Shown: one piece after another, positions 31,269 through 41,566 of the stretch
Numbering within the stretch: position 1 is the stretch's first letter
How the letters are laid out: each line of letters opens with the position of its first letter
The notes under the pieces: model-generated
The model's database searches: none
Seen by the model: the letters and a program-made list of their open reading frames with translations, nothing else
What the model was told of the DNA's origin: nothing
Source: Bythopirellula sp.
GTDB taxonomy: Bacteria; Planctomycetota; Planctomycetia; Pirellulales; Lacipirellulaceae
Assembly: GCA_965216565.1 (NCBI GenBank)
Contig: OZ244170.1
Span: forward strand, 448,001 to 512,000
Direction of reading: 5' to 3'
DNA: 64,000 nucleotides
Translations under genes and position numbers: made by a program

Positions 31269-32900
31269 TTAGCTGTCTGAGCCGCCCGCTTGAGCGGTGC
31301 GGGCAGCGGGTTGGCCGCCCTGAGAGTTCCAGTTGCCACCGGAAAGGGTACGGTCCTCGCCAGTCACCCGCACACGGGTGCCTTCAGTAATTGATTCTCG
31401 ACCGGCAACAATTAACTTATCAGTTGGTTGAAGTCCGCTAGTAATTTCCACGAGGCCATCGTCAGTTGCACCTCGGCCAACTGCTACCGTCTTTCGTTTC
31501 GCAAGGCTCGCTGTAAGATCCGCTACCCAAACCACGGCCCCTCCCTCGGAGTTTGATACAAGAGACTGTGGTACGAATAGTCGCAAGGGCGAATCACCTT
31601 CATCTTCTTGGACCACAGGTGAGGGTGGCGCAAGAAAGGTTACCTTCCCCAGCATTTCTGGTTTGATCACCTCGGGCGGTTCGTTAACTGCAACTTTCAC
31701 TTGCAATGTATTCTTCTGAATGTCTGCGAAAGTCGTAACTGAAATTACCTCGCCTGCAATGGGAGCTGGCAGAGCGGCGGTCTCGATGAGTGCTGGTTGC
31801 CCAAGTTGCACTTGCGGCACGTCTTCCAAACGGACATCGACCCGAACCTGTAGACTTTGCGGGTCGTAAAGTCCTACAACTGCACTTGAGCCTTGCGATG
31901 AGTGTGGGTTAATACCTGAAAGTCGTTGGCCTGGTCGAGCTTCTAGGCTGAGTACTCGTCCAGCAATCGGTGATCGCACCGTCATCCGCTCAAGCTGTAG
32001 CTCAGCAGCTTCAACAGCCAGACGTGTTTGTTCGGCTCTTGACTCGGCAACGGCTAGATTCGCCTCAGCTTCGCCGACAGCACGTGTCTCATCAGTTAAA
32101 AGTTTGAGTTTTTCAGCCAAAGCGTCCCGCTTTTGTTCCAGCGAGGTGAGTTGCATCTTAAGGCTTGGCTCACGAGCGATAAGCTCTTTGACGGCATTTA
32201 TCGCATTTGCCAACTCTCCGCGGGCCTCACGAAGTACTCTTCCTATGACCGCATCCCCAGCAAGCTCTTTACGACGAACATTCTCTTCCGCTAACGATTG
32301 TTTTGTTTTCGCCGCTTCTAGGGCGAAGGGAAGGTTGCCAAGTGTCAGCTTCGTTTCGGCAAGCAGTGCTCCGGCATCGGCAAGTGCAGCTTGCAGGCTG
32401 ACCGGCTTGGCTAGATTAACTTTTGCGGCTGCAAATGCAGCTTCGGCCCGTCTTACCTCAGCTTGCTGCAACTTGTGTTTTGCCTTAGCCTCTGCCAGTA
32501 CTAACTTCGCATCAGTTTCGATCAACAATGCAACCGGTTCGCCCTTTTCGACCTTTTGACCTTCGATGACTAGCATCTCACGGATGACGCCAGGTGCTAG
32601 TGCTGAGGCCACTACCGGAGTTGGTCTGGGCTCTACCCATCCTGCCGCTTGAAACAGTGGCGTACCTTCCTGCTTAATTTCAGCACGACTTACGACAACG
32701 GGAGTGATCGTAATCGATTGTGCCGGCAAGAAACTATCGCGAGCGGCCCAGGCAAACAAACTTAGGAAACCGGCGAAAATTCCGAAGGGCAAGACATATC
32801 TGGTGAGCCAAGATCGCTTGACCTTCACGGCCTGCTTCTCCGGTTGGCTTCGATCGACCGCCAACTGACTAAGATCAAGTTGTGAAGAATTATCTGACAT
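31269..32900 (-). CDS. Efflux periplasmic adaptor (HlyD/MacA-like) with long alpha-hairpin
   Basis: [36 protein letters not shown]. Confidence 0.88.
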   Translation of the reverse strand: MSDNSSQLDLSQLAVDRSQPEKQAVKVKRSWLTRYVLPFGIFAGFLSLFAWAARDSFLPAQSITITPVVVSRAEIKQEGTPLFQAAGWVEPRPTPVVASALAPGVIREMLVIEGQKVEKGEPVALLIETDAKLVLAEAKAKHKLQQAEVRRAEAAFAAAKVNLAKPVSLQAALADAGALLAETKLTLGNLPFALEAAKTKQSLAEENVRRKELAGDAVIGRVLREARGELANAINAVKELIAREPSLKMQLTSLEQKRDALAEKLKLLTDETRAVGEAEANLAVAESRAEQTRLAVEAAELQLERMTVRSPIAGRVLSLEARPGQRLSGINPHSSQGSSAVVGLYDPQSLQVRVDVRLEDVPQVQLGQPALIETAALPAPIAGEVISVTTFADIQKNTLQVKVAVNEPPEVIKPEMLGKVTFLAPPSPVVQEDEGDSPLRLFVPQSLVSNSEGGAVVWVADLTASLAKRKTVAVGRGATDDGLVEITSGLQPTDKLIVAGRESITEGTRVRVTGEDRTLSGGNWNSQGGQPAARTAQAGGSDS

Positions 32901-32929
32901 GTTTAACTAAAGCCTTTCCCAGCGTTCGC

Positions 32930-34099
32930 TTATATCGCCTTAATTGCTTCTACAACAGGAAGTCGCATCGCTTTGAGAGCAGGCGGCAGCGCGCCGACAA
33001 CGCCTAATAAAGCTGCCACACCACACGCAACTGCAATGCCAACACTGTCGACTGTGAGCATAAACGCCCCCATGGTGAAGCGAACTGCGGCACCATCAAT
33101 TAGCCAAAGCCCCACTACGCACGCGGCTAATGCTCCTGCACACGCCAACAGCGTCGCCTCTTGGACAAGTGTGAGCAAGATGGCACGGCGTCGAAAGCCG
33201 AGTGCCTGGAGTGTTGCCAATTCTCGTACGCGGCCTACAACTGCGCCATACATTGTGTTGAGCCCCGCAAATATCCCAGAGCCAGCAACCAGCGCCACTA
33301 CCACCCAGCCCAACATACGAACGGGCTTGTAGTGTTTTTGCAGAGATGCGTAGTAGACACTTTCTGACACTGCTTTTAATTCCAAGTCGACCCGCTCGCG
33401 GCAAAACAAATCGACGTCCGCAACGCGTTCGGGCGAATCCATACTGACTGCCACTAGGCTTAAATCTTGTCGTTTCAGCGTCGTTTGCAGCTCTGCCAGC
33501 GGAGCCCAGATCTCAGACTCAAATGCTGAACCAGCTGCCGTGAAGAGGCCACTAATCGTCCAAGTTCGTCCGTCAAAGGTTACCTGCTGACCGACTGCAA
33601 GATCTTCTTTGCTGGCCCCTAGCTTTGAATGTGCCAAGCGACCAACAATCACCTCGCCAGCTTGTGGCCAAGCACCCTCAGAGAGTTGCACTTGACCTCG
33701 CACTAGCGGTGCAGTGGTTGTGACGCCACGCACCAAGCCCATTCCGGGTTCTGTCATGTTTGAAGTCGTAATTCGAGTACCTAAGTAAAGCTCAGGTGAC
33801 ACGTATTCGACGCCATGCTGACGACGCACTCCATCAACGCTCGCCGAAACCAAAGCCGGTGTTCGCCCAGGGATAGACGAGTTTTCGATATCAGCCCCAG
33901 AGGAAAGCGCATAAATCAAGACGACATTCGGATTACCCGTGGCAGCCAACGACTTTTCGAGTCCGCGGATAAATCCCACGACCACTAACACCAGCAGCAC
34001 CACGATGGTTAGTCCACCGAGAGTGAGCACACTACGTGACGGTCGACGAAATAAATTTCGTACGCCGTAGTCCCAAGGTAATAGTCGTTGGCCGAGCAT
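32930..34099 (-). CDS. FtsX/MacB-family ABC permease
   Basis: RNLFRRPSRS, GSAFESEIW, RVRELATLQALGF; GGAG before ATG 34099. Confidence 0.88.
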   Translation of the reverse strand: MLGQRLLPWDYGVRNLFRRPSRSVLTLGGLTIVVLLVLVVVGFIRGLEKSLAATGNPNVVLIYALSSGADIENSSIPGRTPALVSASVDGVRRQHGVEYVSPELYLGTRITTSNMTEPGMGLVRGVTTTAPLVRGQVQLSEGAWPQAGEVIVGRLAHSKLGASKEDLAVGQQVTFDGRTWTISGLFTAAGSAFESEIWAPLAELQTTLKRQDLSLVAVSMDSPERVADVDLFCRERVDLELKAVSESVYYASLQKHYKPVRMLGWVVVALVAGSGIFAGLNTMYGAVVGRVRELATLQALGFRRRAILLTLVQEATLLACAGALAACVVGLWLIDGAAVRFTMGAFMLTVDSVGIAVACGVAALLGVVGALPPALKAMRLPVVEAIKAI

Positions 34100-34137
34100 T
34101 GATTTATCTCCAAAGTTGATCGCCAATAGCGACAACT

Positions 34138-34674
34138 CTAATTGCGGATGAAGACGCCCTTGGCGAGCATCACGAAGTTACCACTTTTGTCTTTCTTCGC
34201 TGTCCCTTTGACAACGACCATGTCCGATTCTTTTAGTCCGAATAATTTGCGGGAGTCGACCGGCACGAGCTGCCCTTGAGCGTCAACTACTTTCACCAGC
34301 GTCGTACATTCGAGACGCTCCGTAGCGCAGCAGTCGCCCATGCACAATTCACCTTCTTCGCCAGAATCCTCGCCTTCTGCGACAACCGACATGGAAGCAT
34401 CAAGTAGCGTAAAGGCTGCACGACCATTGATCCATGGATTTGCCGCCCCACCTATACGTCCTACTAAAACTAACGGCTCTCCGTCTTCACTCGATTCACG
34501 GGCCGCGATCACGCCAACAGCACCATCTGGTTCGTCGGATAGTGTGTATTGTGTAGCGTCAATGTTTGTTGTCGGGACCGGCACATTCGAGGCAGTTCCT
34601 GACGCAGACCCACAACCAGTGCTGACCGCAATTGCAGAGAGCGACAATAATAAAGCTATAACATCGATCTTCAT
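34138..34674 (-). CDS. Lipoprotein with Cys cluster (OB-fold-like)
   Basis: Lipobox STGC; VLVGRIGG..AAFTLLD..CMGDCCATERLEC..VVVKG. Confidence 0.75.
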   Translation of the reverse strand: MKIDVIALLLSLSAIAVSTGCGSASGTASNVPVPTTNIDATQYTLSDEPDGAVGVIAARESSEDGEPLVLVGRIGGAANPWINGRAAFTLLDASMSVVAEGEDSGEEGELCMGDCCATERLECTTLVKVVDAQGQLVPVDSRKLFGLKESDMVVVKGTAKKDKSGNFVMLAKGVFIRN

Positions 34675-35372
34675 CTTTGGATTCCTCCTGTATTTACTTG
34701 CTGTGCTTGTTGATGGTTCTTAGGAGCAAGTTTGGTGGCCCACTTAATGGCTAATTTGCCGTGAGGGCCAGTGACCGCTATTGGGCGCTCCTTAGCTTTC
34801 GCAACTGCGTTAACCACGAGCCAAGGCGAGACAACTACGTCTGGCCGCGTCTCGACGAACAGAGTTTCACTCTTCATGTCGACCCTCACTTTCGTAACAC
34901 CTTTAAGTGCATAGAGCTGAGCGGCAATCTTCTTCGCACATCCCTTGCAATGCAGATTGTCGATAACGATCGACAGAGGTGCTTTGATTTGCTGGGCCTG
35001 CTGACCTGCATTAGGGTCAACTTGAGGGCGAATTAATGTGTACGTTGCCTCGGATGTAACCAGCTTAGTGGGACCACCATCGCCCTGCTCAACTGCGTGC
35101 CATAGCTGTCCTAGCATTGCGGCGTTGGGCTGCGGCAGTGAAACGGTAACTGTGTGCGTACTAATGTCGATGCCTACCTCTTTCACACCCCGGGCGGCAT
35201 ACAACTGGCCAGAGACCTTCCGGGCACACCCCTTACAGCACATTCCTTCAGCAAGAATCTGTATTTGATGGTTGCCCGCCTGGGGTGTTGCTGCTTTCAC
35301 TAAGGACTGACTTGTATGACTAATGGCCAAGGCCACGAAGAGCGTAGCAATGATTGTGCACTTCCTTCGCAT
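34671..35372 (-). CDS. Exported tandem heavy-metal-associated (HMA) domain protein
   Basis: Signal peptide; GMCCKGC and NLHCKGC repeats. Confidence 0.88.
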   Translation of the reverse strand: MRRKCTIIATLFVALAISHTSQSLVKAATPQAGNHQIQILAEGMCCKGCARKVSGQLYAARGVKEVGIDISTHTVTVSLPQPNAAMLGQLWHAVEQGDGGPTKLVTSEATYTLIRPQVDPNAGQQAQQIKAPLSIVIDNLHCKGCAKKIAAQLYALKGVTKVRVDMKSETLFVETRPDVVVSPWLVVNAVAKAKERPIAVTGPHGKLAIKWATKLAPKNHQQAQQVNTGGIQR

Positions 35373-35543
35373 GGTTTTCTCCTCTTCTCAATTTATGGGT
35401 TGGCGAAGCACTGACTGCCTCCACGGAGTGAGTCAGTCAGCAAGTTTGGAAATGATCAACAGGAACTCCAGAAGTGACTCGCTATAGCAAGCCGAACTTA
35501 AGGAAGTCATGAGACGCGAGCAGAAGGCTCGCAAGAAGAGAAG

Positions 35544-36053
35544 TCAGATTAAGAAGCGGCAGAGCTCAGCGCAGCGCTGCACGGCAGATTCAGTCCATAC
35601 ATCAGCGGTGGACGCATAGTCGCATGACGCTGTCCGATCCGCACCAATTGCTGCAACAACAATCGAAGCATCGCTTTGCGTAAGGTTCCGGAGCAACAAC
35701 TCAATAGGCTCCGATGGGCCCTTCGGCAACTGCAGAGGTTGCGCGGGCTGGTGACACCAGCAATCTGGCGGACAGGGGCACGACTTGTCCTGGTCGTCTA
35801 TGCAGTCCCGTTCTGGAGAGCGAACACTAGCCTCTCGTGCTGATGTACATGCATGAGAGTGAGAGCATGATTTTGCCTCTGAGTGGGAATGCTCGCTACA
35901 CGCTGTCTCTGCAGAACAAGTGGCAGCACATCCACCAAGATGACACAGAAGATGCAAATCCTGAACGCTAGGCAATAACGCAAGCACGACCCCCAGAAGG
36001 GCTGTAATTCGCTTCGAGTTATTGTAACGGCTCAGCACGAGCTGTGACTCCAT
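35544..36053 (-). CDS. Cys/His-rich putative leader/arrest peptide L4
   Basis: Hydrophobic segment, CHLGGCAATC..CSHSHAC..CPCPPDCWCH, ends QRCAELCRFLI-stop. Confidence 0.8.
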   Translation of the reverse strand: MESQLVLSRYNNSKRITALLGVVLALLPSVQDLHLLCHLGGCAATCSAETACSEHSHSEAKSCSHSHACTSAREASVRSPERDCIDDQDKSCPCPPDCWCHQPAQPLQLPKGPSEPIELLLRNLTQSDASIVVAAIGADRTASCDYASTADVWTESAVQRCAELCRFLI

Positions 36054-36061
36054 AATGTGAC

Positions 36062-36090
36062 AGTATATTTCCGATTAGCATCGTAATCGG
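36062..36090 (-). promoter_or_regulatory. Putative -10 box and upstream dyad in front of L4
   Basis: TATACT (36067-36062) 8 nt before ATG 36053; perfect IR CCGATTA-N6-TAATCGG at 36071-36090. Confidence 0.5.
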
Positions 36091-36419
36091 CAGAAAGCGA
36101 CCGGCGAGTTTAGCAGATTCAGAGGTATCGTGCAAAATCAACATGCGACTCCAGAAAAATGCGTCTAGCACCATGAAATTGAGAAGTGCTATCAGAGCTG
36201 AGCTTAACGGTGTCACCCGTTCGTCGATCTATGCCTGGCGTCCGGTGAATACAGACATGTATTTGTCAGCATCATTGACTTACGATGCGAGAGCCTCTGT
36301 TGAGATATACCGAGTGAGTAGAAAGCTGAGCGGCAAGAATTACTAGCAAGTTCTCAGTTTGGCCCTGGAAATCTTAGTGAATTTTAATAGCGTCGACCGA
36401 ACATCAGCTGTTGACTTGG

Positions 36420-37091
36420 CTATTTGTTTGCAGGGCGTACATAGCTGCTGGGGTTTTCAACAAATCGGTCCAGGCATCGCTTGGCACAAAAGTAGTATGT
36501 CTGCTCTTCATGTACATGAGCCAATCCTTTTGGCTTCGTCACTCTCATTCCACACACAGGGTCAAGTGCGGTATTGTCACGCTGGTACTGCTCGTGAGTT
36601 TCAATCTGCAAGTAAGAGTCAAGAAAACCGAGTAGTTTCTGCTCTGCCCACTTGCGCACGGCGTCTAAATCAACATTGCTTATGTCTAGATCGAGTACGT
36701 CACCGCGGGCGAAACGAATGAAGATGGGAAGGATCTGGGCTTCGTATTGGATAGTAAGGCTTTCGATGGTCTCATTGTGAATTATGCGAAAACCGACGCT
36801 CGCCCTGGCCGGAAACCGGATTGAATGTTGGAGTTGACAGCGAACGCAGTACCCGATCAGTGCATCTTCCAGCTTGGCATTGTCAAGATGTTCTGCAAAC
36901 GCTGCAAGCGTTGGATGGAGTACTTCGCTAACAATATGGTCGGCGAGCTCATGGAACACTACTTCTCGCTCCTCTAGCTCGCGCATAGTATGCTCCATGG
37001 AATCACGATGTTTAGCTACTTCTGCTTTGCTCGCTTCAAGACGGTTGTTAATCTGTTTTTTGAATTCGGATGAGACTGATGAAGTAGCCAT
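36420..37091 (-). CDS. Coiled-coil + C-terminal YHS domain protein
   Basis: DPVCGM..YYFCAKRC..F..NP..Y; paralog of 47908..48573. Confidence 0.82.
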   Translation of the reverse strand: MATSSVSSEFKKQINNRLEASKAEVAKHRDSMEHTMRELEEREVVFHELADHIVSEVLHPTLAAFAEHLDNAKLEDALIGYCVRCQLQHSIRFPARASVGFRIIHNETIESLTIQYEAQILPIFIRFARGDVLDLDISNVDLDAVRKWAEQKLLGFLDSYLQIETHEQYQRDNTALDPVCGMRVTKPKGLAHVHEEQTYYFCAKRCLDRFVENPSSYVRPANK

Positions 37092-37121
37092 TGCGTTGTC
37101 CTCTGTAATATAAGTGCGATA

Positions 37122-37454
37122 TTAATCTGAAAATATTCGCTCAACGGATTGTGAGTGTAACACCAGCGTTAAAGGCACGACGACGACTGGCAATAGGACA
37201 CCTGCCAGAAACCAGCGTAGGGCGTGCTTCTTTTCTTTTTGCTGAGCAAAACGGGCGCAAATCGCTCCACTCGCCATAGCAGCAGTCAAATACGCAGCAA
37301 CTGCAATCCAGAACACTGTGTCGACTCCCCGATCCACATCCAAAATACGAACATGTAGCTTGTTAATCCGCTGCTCAGGAGAAAGATCGTGCCCCCACGC
37401 AGGGGTCACTACTAACGCACTACTAATTAAGAGACTCACGAAACAAGGTCTCAT
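37122..37454 (-). CDS. Small membrane protein
   Basis: Signal-like N-terminus and two TM segments; immediately downstream of cusA. Confidence 0.6.
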   Translation of the reverse strand: MRPCFVSLLISSALVVTPAWGHDLSPEQRINKLHVRILDVDRGVDTVFWIAVAAYLTAAMASGAICARFAQQKEKKHALRWFLAGVLLPVVVVPLTLVLHSQSVERIFSD

Positions 37455-37460
37455 CAGAAA

Positions 37461-40400
37461 TCACCTTTCCATTGAAGCATGCTTCTTGAACTTAGGGTCG
37501 TCGATGCCCAATTTGAGCTTCCATTCCATGGTCCAGCAATAAAGCACTGGAACGACAAGCATCGTCACGATCTCGATGGTCATTCCACCAAAACTGGGGA
37601 TTGCCATCGGCACCATGATGTCACTGCCACGACCAGTAGATGTAAGGACCGGAATCAAGGCTAGTAACGTTGTGGCAGTAGTCATCAGACATGGTCGGAC
37701 TCGACGCATTCCAGCAGTAACGGTGGCTTCACGCGCGTGATTCGCATCCGTAATACGGTCTTTCCGAAAGCTTTCGTCAAGATACGATGCAATCACGACA
37801 CCGTCGTCACTGGCAATGCCGAACAAAGCGAGAAAGCCAACCCAGACGGCAACACTAAGGTTAATCGTGTGAACTTGGAATAACGTTCGCATGTTGGTTC
37901 CAAAGACATCAAAGTCCAAGAACCAATCCGTGCCGTATAGCCACAACATGATGAAACCGCCAGCCCAAGCGATCATGATTCCACTAAATACCAGCGACGT
38001 CGTGATGACCGATTTGAACTGAAAATAGAGGATCAAGAAGATGACTCCGAGCGCCAATGGCAGCACAACCATCAACGTTTTCTGAGAGCGAATCTGATTC
38101 TCATAGTTCCCTGCAAACGTGTAGCTTACTCCTGCTGGCAAAACGAGTTCACCACTCTCGATTTTCGCTTGCAGGAACGCTTGAGCATCCTCGACAACGT
38201 CCACTTCCGCATTTCCGGCTTTCATGTCAAACAAGACGTAACCGAGTAAAAAAGTGTCTTCACTCTTGATGACTTGCGGGCCGCGTACGTACTTGATTTT
38301 GGCCAGTTGCTCCAGTGGAATCTGCTGTCCCATCCCCGTGGGCACGAGAATACGCCCCAGCGACTCTGCTTCGTCCCTTAGTTCACGTGCATAACGCACT
38401 CGCACTGGGTAGCGTTCACGCCCCTCGACTGTCGTCGTGATTCGGCGACCACCAATCGCTACTTCAATCACGTCTTGAACTGTGCGGATATGCAACCCGT
38501 ATCGCTTAATCGCATCGCGGTCGATGTCGATTTCCAAATAAGGTTTGCCGACAATTCGGTCGGCGATGACGGCTGACGCTTGGACGGTAGGCACTTGCTT
38601 AAGTAGATTCTCTATTTGTAAGGCAACTCGCTCGATCGTCTCTAGATCCGGGCCTTTAACTTTCATGCCCATCGGTGCTCGCATCCCGCTTTGTAGCATC
38701 ACGATACGTGCAGCGATCGGCTGTAGCTTAGGAGCAGAGGTGGTTCCCGGAATGTCTGCCGCTTCGGTGATCTTTTCCCAGATATCATCGGGAGTCTTGA
38801 TTTCGTCTCGCCACTGTCGAAAAGGTCTCCCGCCATATTCCTCGATCAATTCACCTTGCTCATCGCGGGCAAAGTCAGCAGCTTCTTCATCGTAGCGAAA
38901 CTTCAGCCGATTGCCGTTCTCATCTGTCTTGTATTCTGATTTGTAGGCGATGAACGTCTCAATCATTGAAATGGGTGCCGGGTCGAGCGGGCTTTCTGCA
39001 CGTCCAATTTTTCCCACCACCGATTCTACTTCCGGAATTGAAATGAGAAACTTATTCTGCAGCTTCAGCACGTCCATTGCTTCACCAATCGAGGCATGGG
39101 GCATCGTAGTCGGCATGTAAAGGAACGAACCCTCGTCCAACGGTGGCATAAACTCTTTGCCGAGTCCGGGCAAAGTGGAACTTGCGGCAATCCATGGCCG
39201 CGATTCTCGTACTGTCGAGTCCGAAATGCCGGCTAGTGACGCCGTCTTGGGTATGAATGAAAAGATTCGATCGAATCCCAGCCACGCACATCCACCAAAT
39301 AAAAGAATGGCAGTGGGCATCGTTAAGAAAAGAAGTTTATGGGCAAGGCACCAGCGAAGGATTGGTTCGTAGAGATACCGCTGAAACAGAGTGAAGAATC
39401 CTAGCAGGCCCCCAATCAGTATTCCAACGAACAAAAAATTCCGCAGCAGTCCTTTATCGGGACCAAGTGGCAACCAGTGGTTTGTCAGAAAGAGACCGAC
39501 GACCAGCACTGCCACGGCACTTGCTGCATAGGGTCCATATTTTTGGTACTGGACGGGGATGCGTTCTTCCAGGAGCTTGTACAAACCCAATCCGGCAATG
39601 ATCGCTCCAACCCACCATGAAATCAAAAAGGTTGAAAAGAAACCAGCAACTACCAATGTAATCATCAAATAACGACGGAGAGCGTTCGATTTGATCCGAC
39701 CCCCCATCAAAATGTGAGCAGCCGGAGGAATGATTGTTAGTGCCACTATCACTGAAGCTGAAAGAGCAAACGTCTTGGTAAACGCCAATGGGCGGAACAG
39801 TTTGCCTTCGGCTGCGACCATCGTAAACACTGGGAGGAAGCTCACAACCGTAGTTGAAACGGCTGTCAATACAGCGCTGGCTACTTCGTTAGAGGCTCGA
39901 AAGATAACATGCGCACGATCTTCCGCTGGGTCCGCTTCCTCCAAATGCTTGAGAATGTTCTCGCAAAGAATAATTCCCATATCGACCATCGTGCCGATAG
40001 CAATGGCTATTCCCGAAAGAGCAACGATGTTCGCATCGACTCCGAAGGTCTTCATCGCAATGAAGCACATCAAGACAGCCAATGGCAAGAGAGCACTGAT
40101 CAAAATGGAGCTGCGCATGTGCAACACCATCACTAAGATCACAATAATGGTGACAAGGATTTCTTCAGAGAGAGCAGTATTCAGAGTTCCAAGTGTCTCA
40201 TAAATCACGCCGGTACGATCGTAGTAAGGCACTACGCGAATCTGGCTGGTTGTAATCCAATTGGGCCACTGTTCACGCGGTGTGCTCCGTAGATGTTTAA
40301 CCCATGAATCATGATCTGGATTCGCACCGCTGATCGGCTTTAGGTCATTGGCAACCGCGTATGCGTCGACCTGATCTATCGTCGTCCTCGTGTAGTCAAC

Positions 40401-41474
40401 GACGACTTTCGTCGGTAGTCCCGGCGAGATTTCTTCGATTGTTTTCTTGACGTTCTTGATGGCTTGGAGCGGATTGAAACCATAGCGAACAACTACGATA
40501 CCGCCCACGGCCTCGGAACCTGCCTTGTCCAACACACCACGCCTGAGTGCTGGGCCTAGTGAAACGTTCGCGACATCCTTAATCGTGATCGGCACATTGT
40601 CCGTCACTTTGACGACCGTCTTTTCGATGTCCTGGACTTCTTCGATAAAACCCAAGCCGCGAATCACGTACTCCGCTTTATTTAGCTCAATGGTTCTTGC
40701 GCCCACATCGACGTTGGTCATCTTTATAGATTGAAAAACGTCCCCCAAAGAAATTTTGGCAGCCCGCATTGCATCAGGATCTACGTCGATCTGGTATTCT
40801 CGTACAAAACCGCCAATCGACGCGACTTCACTGATTCCCTCGGATGCAGTCAAGGCATAGCGCACGTACCAATCTTGAGTAGTTCTCAATTCATCCAAGT
40901 CCCAGCCACCGGTCGGATTCCCGTCAGGGTCTTGGCCTTCAAGCGTGTAAAGAAAGATCTGTCCCAGTGCGGTAGCGTCAGGCCCAAGTGCTGGCTGCAC
41001 ACCTTCAGGGAGCGTGCCTGAGGGTAGACTGTTTAGCTTTTCTAAGACTCGAGACCGCGACCAGTAAAACTCGGCATTTTCATTGAAGATGATGAAGATC
41101 GTCGAGAAACCGAACAGCGAGTAACTGCGGATCGTCTTGACCTCTGGGAGACCAAGCAGAGCAACTGTCAAAGGGTAGCCAATTTGGTCCTCCACGTCTT
41201 GGGGCGAGCGACCCATCCACTGCGTGAAAACGATTTGTTGATTCTCGCCGATATCAGGAATTGCATCGACGGGCACCGGATCACGCGGAAGCCCACCGAC
41301 TTGCCAATCAAACGGCGCGACCATCACTCCCCAGGTGATGATGGCAAGTACAAGCAGGGCGACAACTAGTTTATTGTGAAGACAAAACCAAATGATGCCA
41401 CCTAGCAGGGAGCGTCTGCCAAGTTCTACATCTGAAGCAATTATGTTGTCAGAAGATTCAGCCATCATAACCAA
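37461..41474 (-). CDS. cusA: CusA/SilA-type Cu(I)/Ag(I) RND transporter (long form)
   Basis: VDAIPDIGENQQIV, GPDATALG, EFMPPLDEGSFLYMP, DPAPISMIET (Met triad), RVRPCLMT. Confidence 0.93.
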   Translation of the reverse strand: MVMMAESSDNIIASDVELGRRSLLGGIIWFCLHNKLVVALLVLAIITWGVMVAPFDWQVGGLPRDPVPVDAIPDIGENQQIVFTQWMGRSPQDVEDQIGYPLTVALLGLPEVKTIRSYSLFGFSTIFIIFNENAEFYWSRSRVLEKLNSLPSGTLPEGVQPALGPDATALGQIFLYTLEGQDPDGNPTGGWDLDELRTTQDWYVRYALTASEGISEVASIGGFVREYQIDVDPDAMRAAKISLGDVFQSIKMTNVDVGARTIELNKAEYVIRGLGFIEEVQDIEKTVVKVTDNVPITIKDVANVSLGPALRRGVLDKAGSEAVGGIVVVRYGFNPLQAIKNVKKTIEEISPGLPTKVVVDYTRTTIDQVDAYAVANDLKPISGANPDHDSWVKHLRSTPREQWPNWITTSQIRVVPYYDRTGVIYETLGTLNTALSEEILVTIIVILVMVLHMRSSILISALLPLAVLMCFIAMKTFGVDANIVALSGIAIAIGTMVDMGIILCENILKHLEEADPAEDRAHVIFRASNEVASAVLTAVSTTVVSFLPVFTMVAAEGKLFRPLAFTKTFALSASVIVALTIIPPAAHILMGGRIKSNALRRYLMITLVVAGFFSTFLISWWVGAIIAGLGLYKLLEERIPVQYQKYGPYAASAVAVLVVGLFLTNHWLPLGPDKGLLRNFLFVGILIGGLLGFFTLFQRYLYEPILRWCLAHKLLFLTMPTAILLFGGCAWLGFDRIFSFIPKTASLAGISDSTVRESRPWIAASSTLPGLGKEFMPPLDEGSFLYMPTTMPHASIGEAMDVLKLQNKFLISIPEVESVVGKIGRAESPLDPAPISMIETFIAYKSEYKTDENGNRLKFRYDEEAADFARDEQGELIEEYGGRPFRQWRDEIKTPDDIWEKITEAADIPGTTSAPKLQPIAARIVMLQSGMRAPMGMKVKGPDLETIERVALQIENLLKQVPTVQASAVIADRIVGKPYLEIDIDRDAIKRYGLHIRTVQDVIEVAIGGRRITTTVEGRERYPVRVRYARELRDEAESLGRILVPTGMGQQIPLEQLAKIKYVRGPQVIKSEDTFLLGYVLFDMKAGNAEVDVVEDAQAFLQAKIESGELVLPAGVSYTFAGNYENQIRSQKTLMVVLPLALGVIFLILYFQFKSVITTSLVFSGIMIAWAGGFIMLWLYGTDWFLDFDVFGTNMRTLFQVHTINLSVAVWVGFLALFGIASDDGVVIASYLDESFRKDRITDANHAREATVTAGMRRVRPCLMTTATTLLALIPVLTSTGRGSDIMVPMAIPSFGGMTIEIVTMLVVPVLYCWTMEWKLKLGIDDPKFKKHASMER

Positions 41475-41566
41475 TGAGTTTTTGGGTTAGAAAGATGCGT
41501 AAGTTGCCAGTTTGCACTACTATCTGAGAACAAAGTGCCTGGAGCACTCTTCTTGTCGAGATCGTA

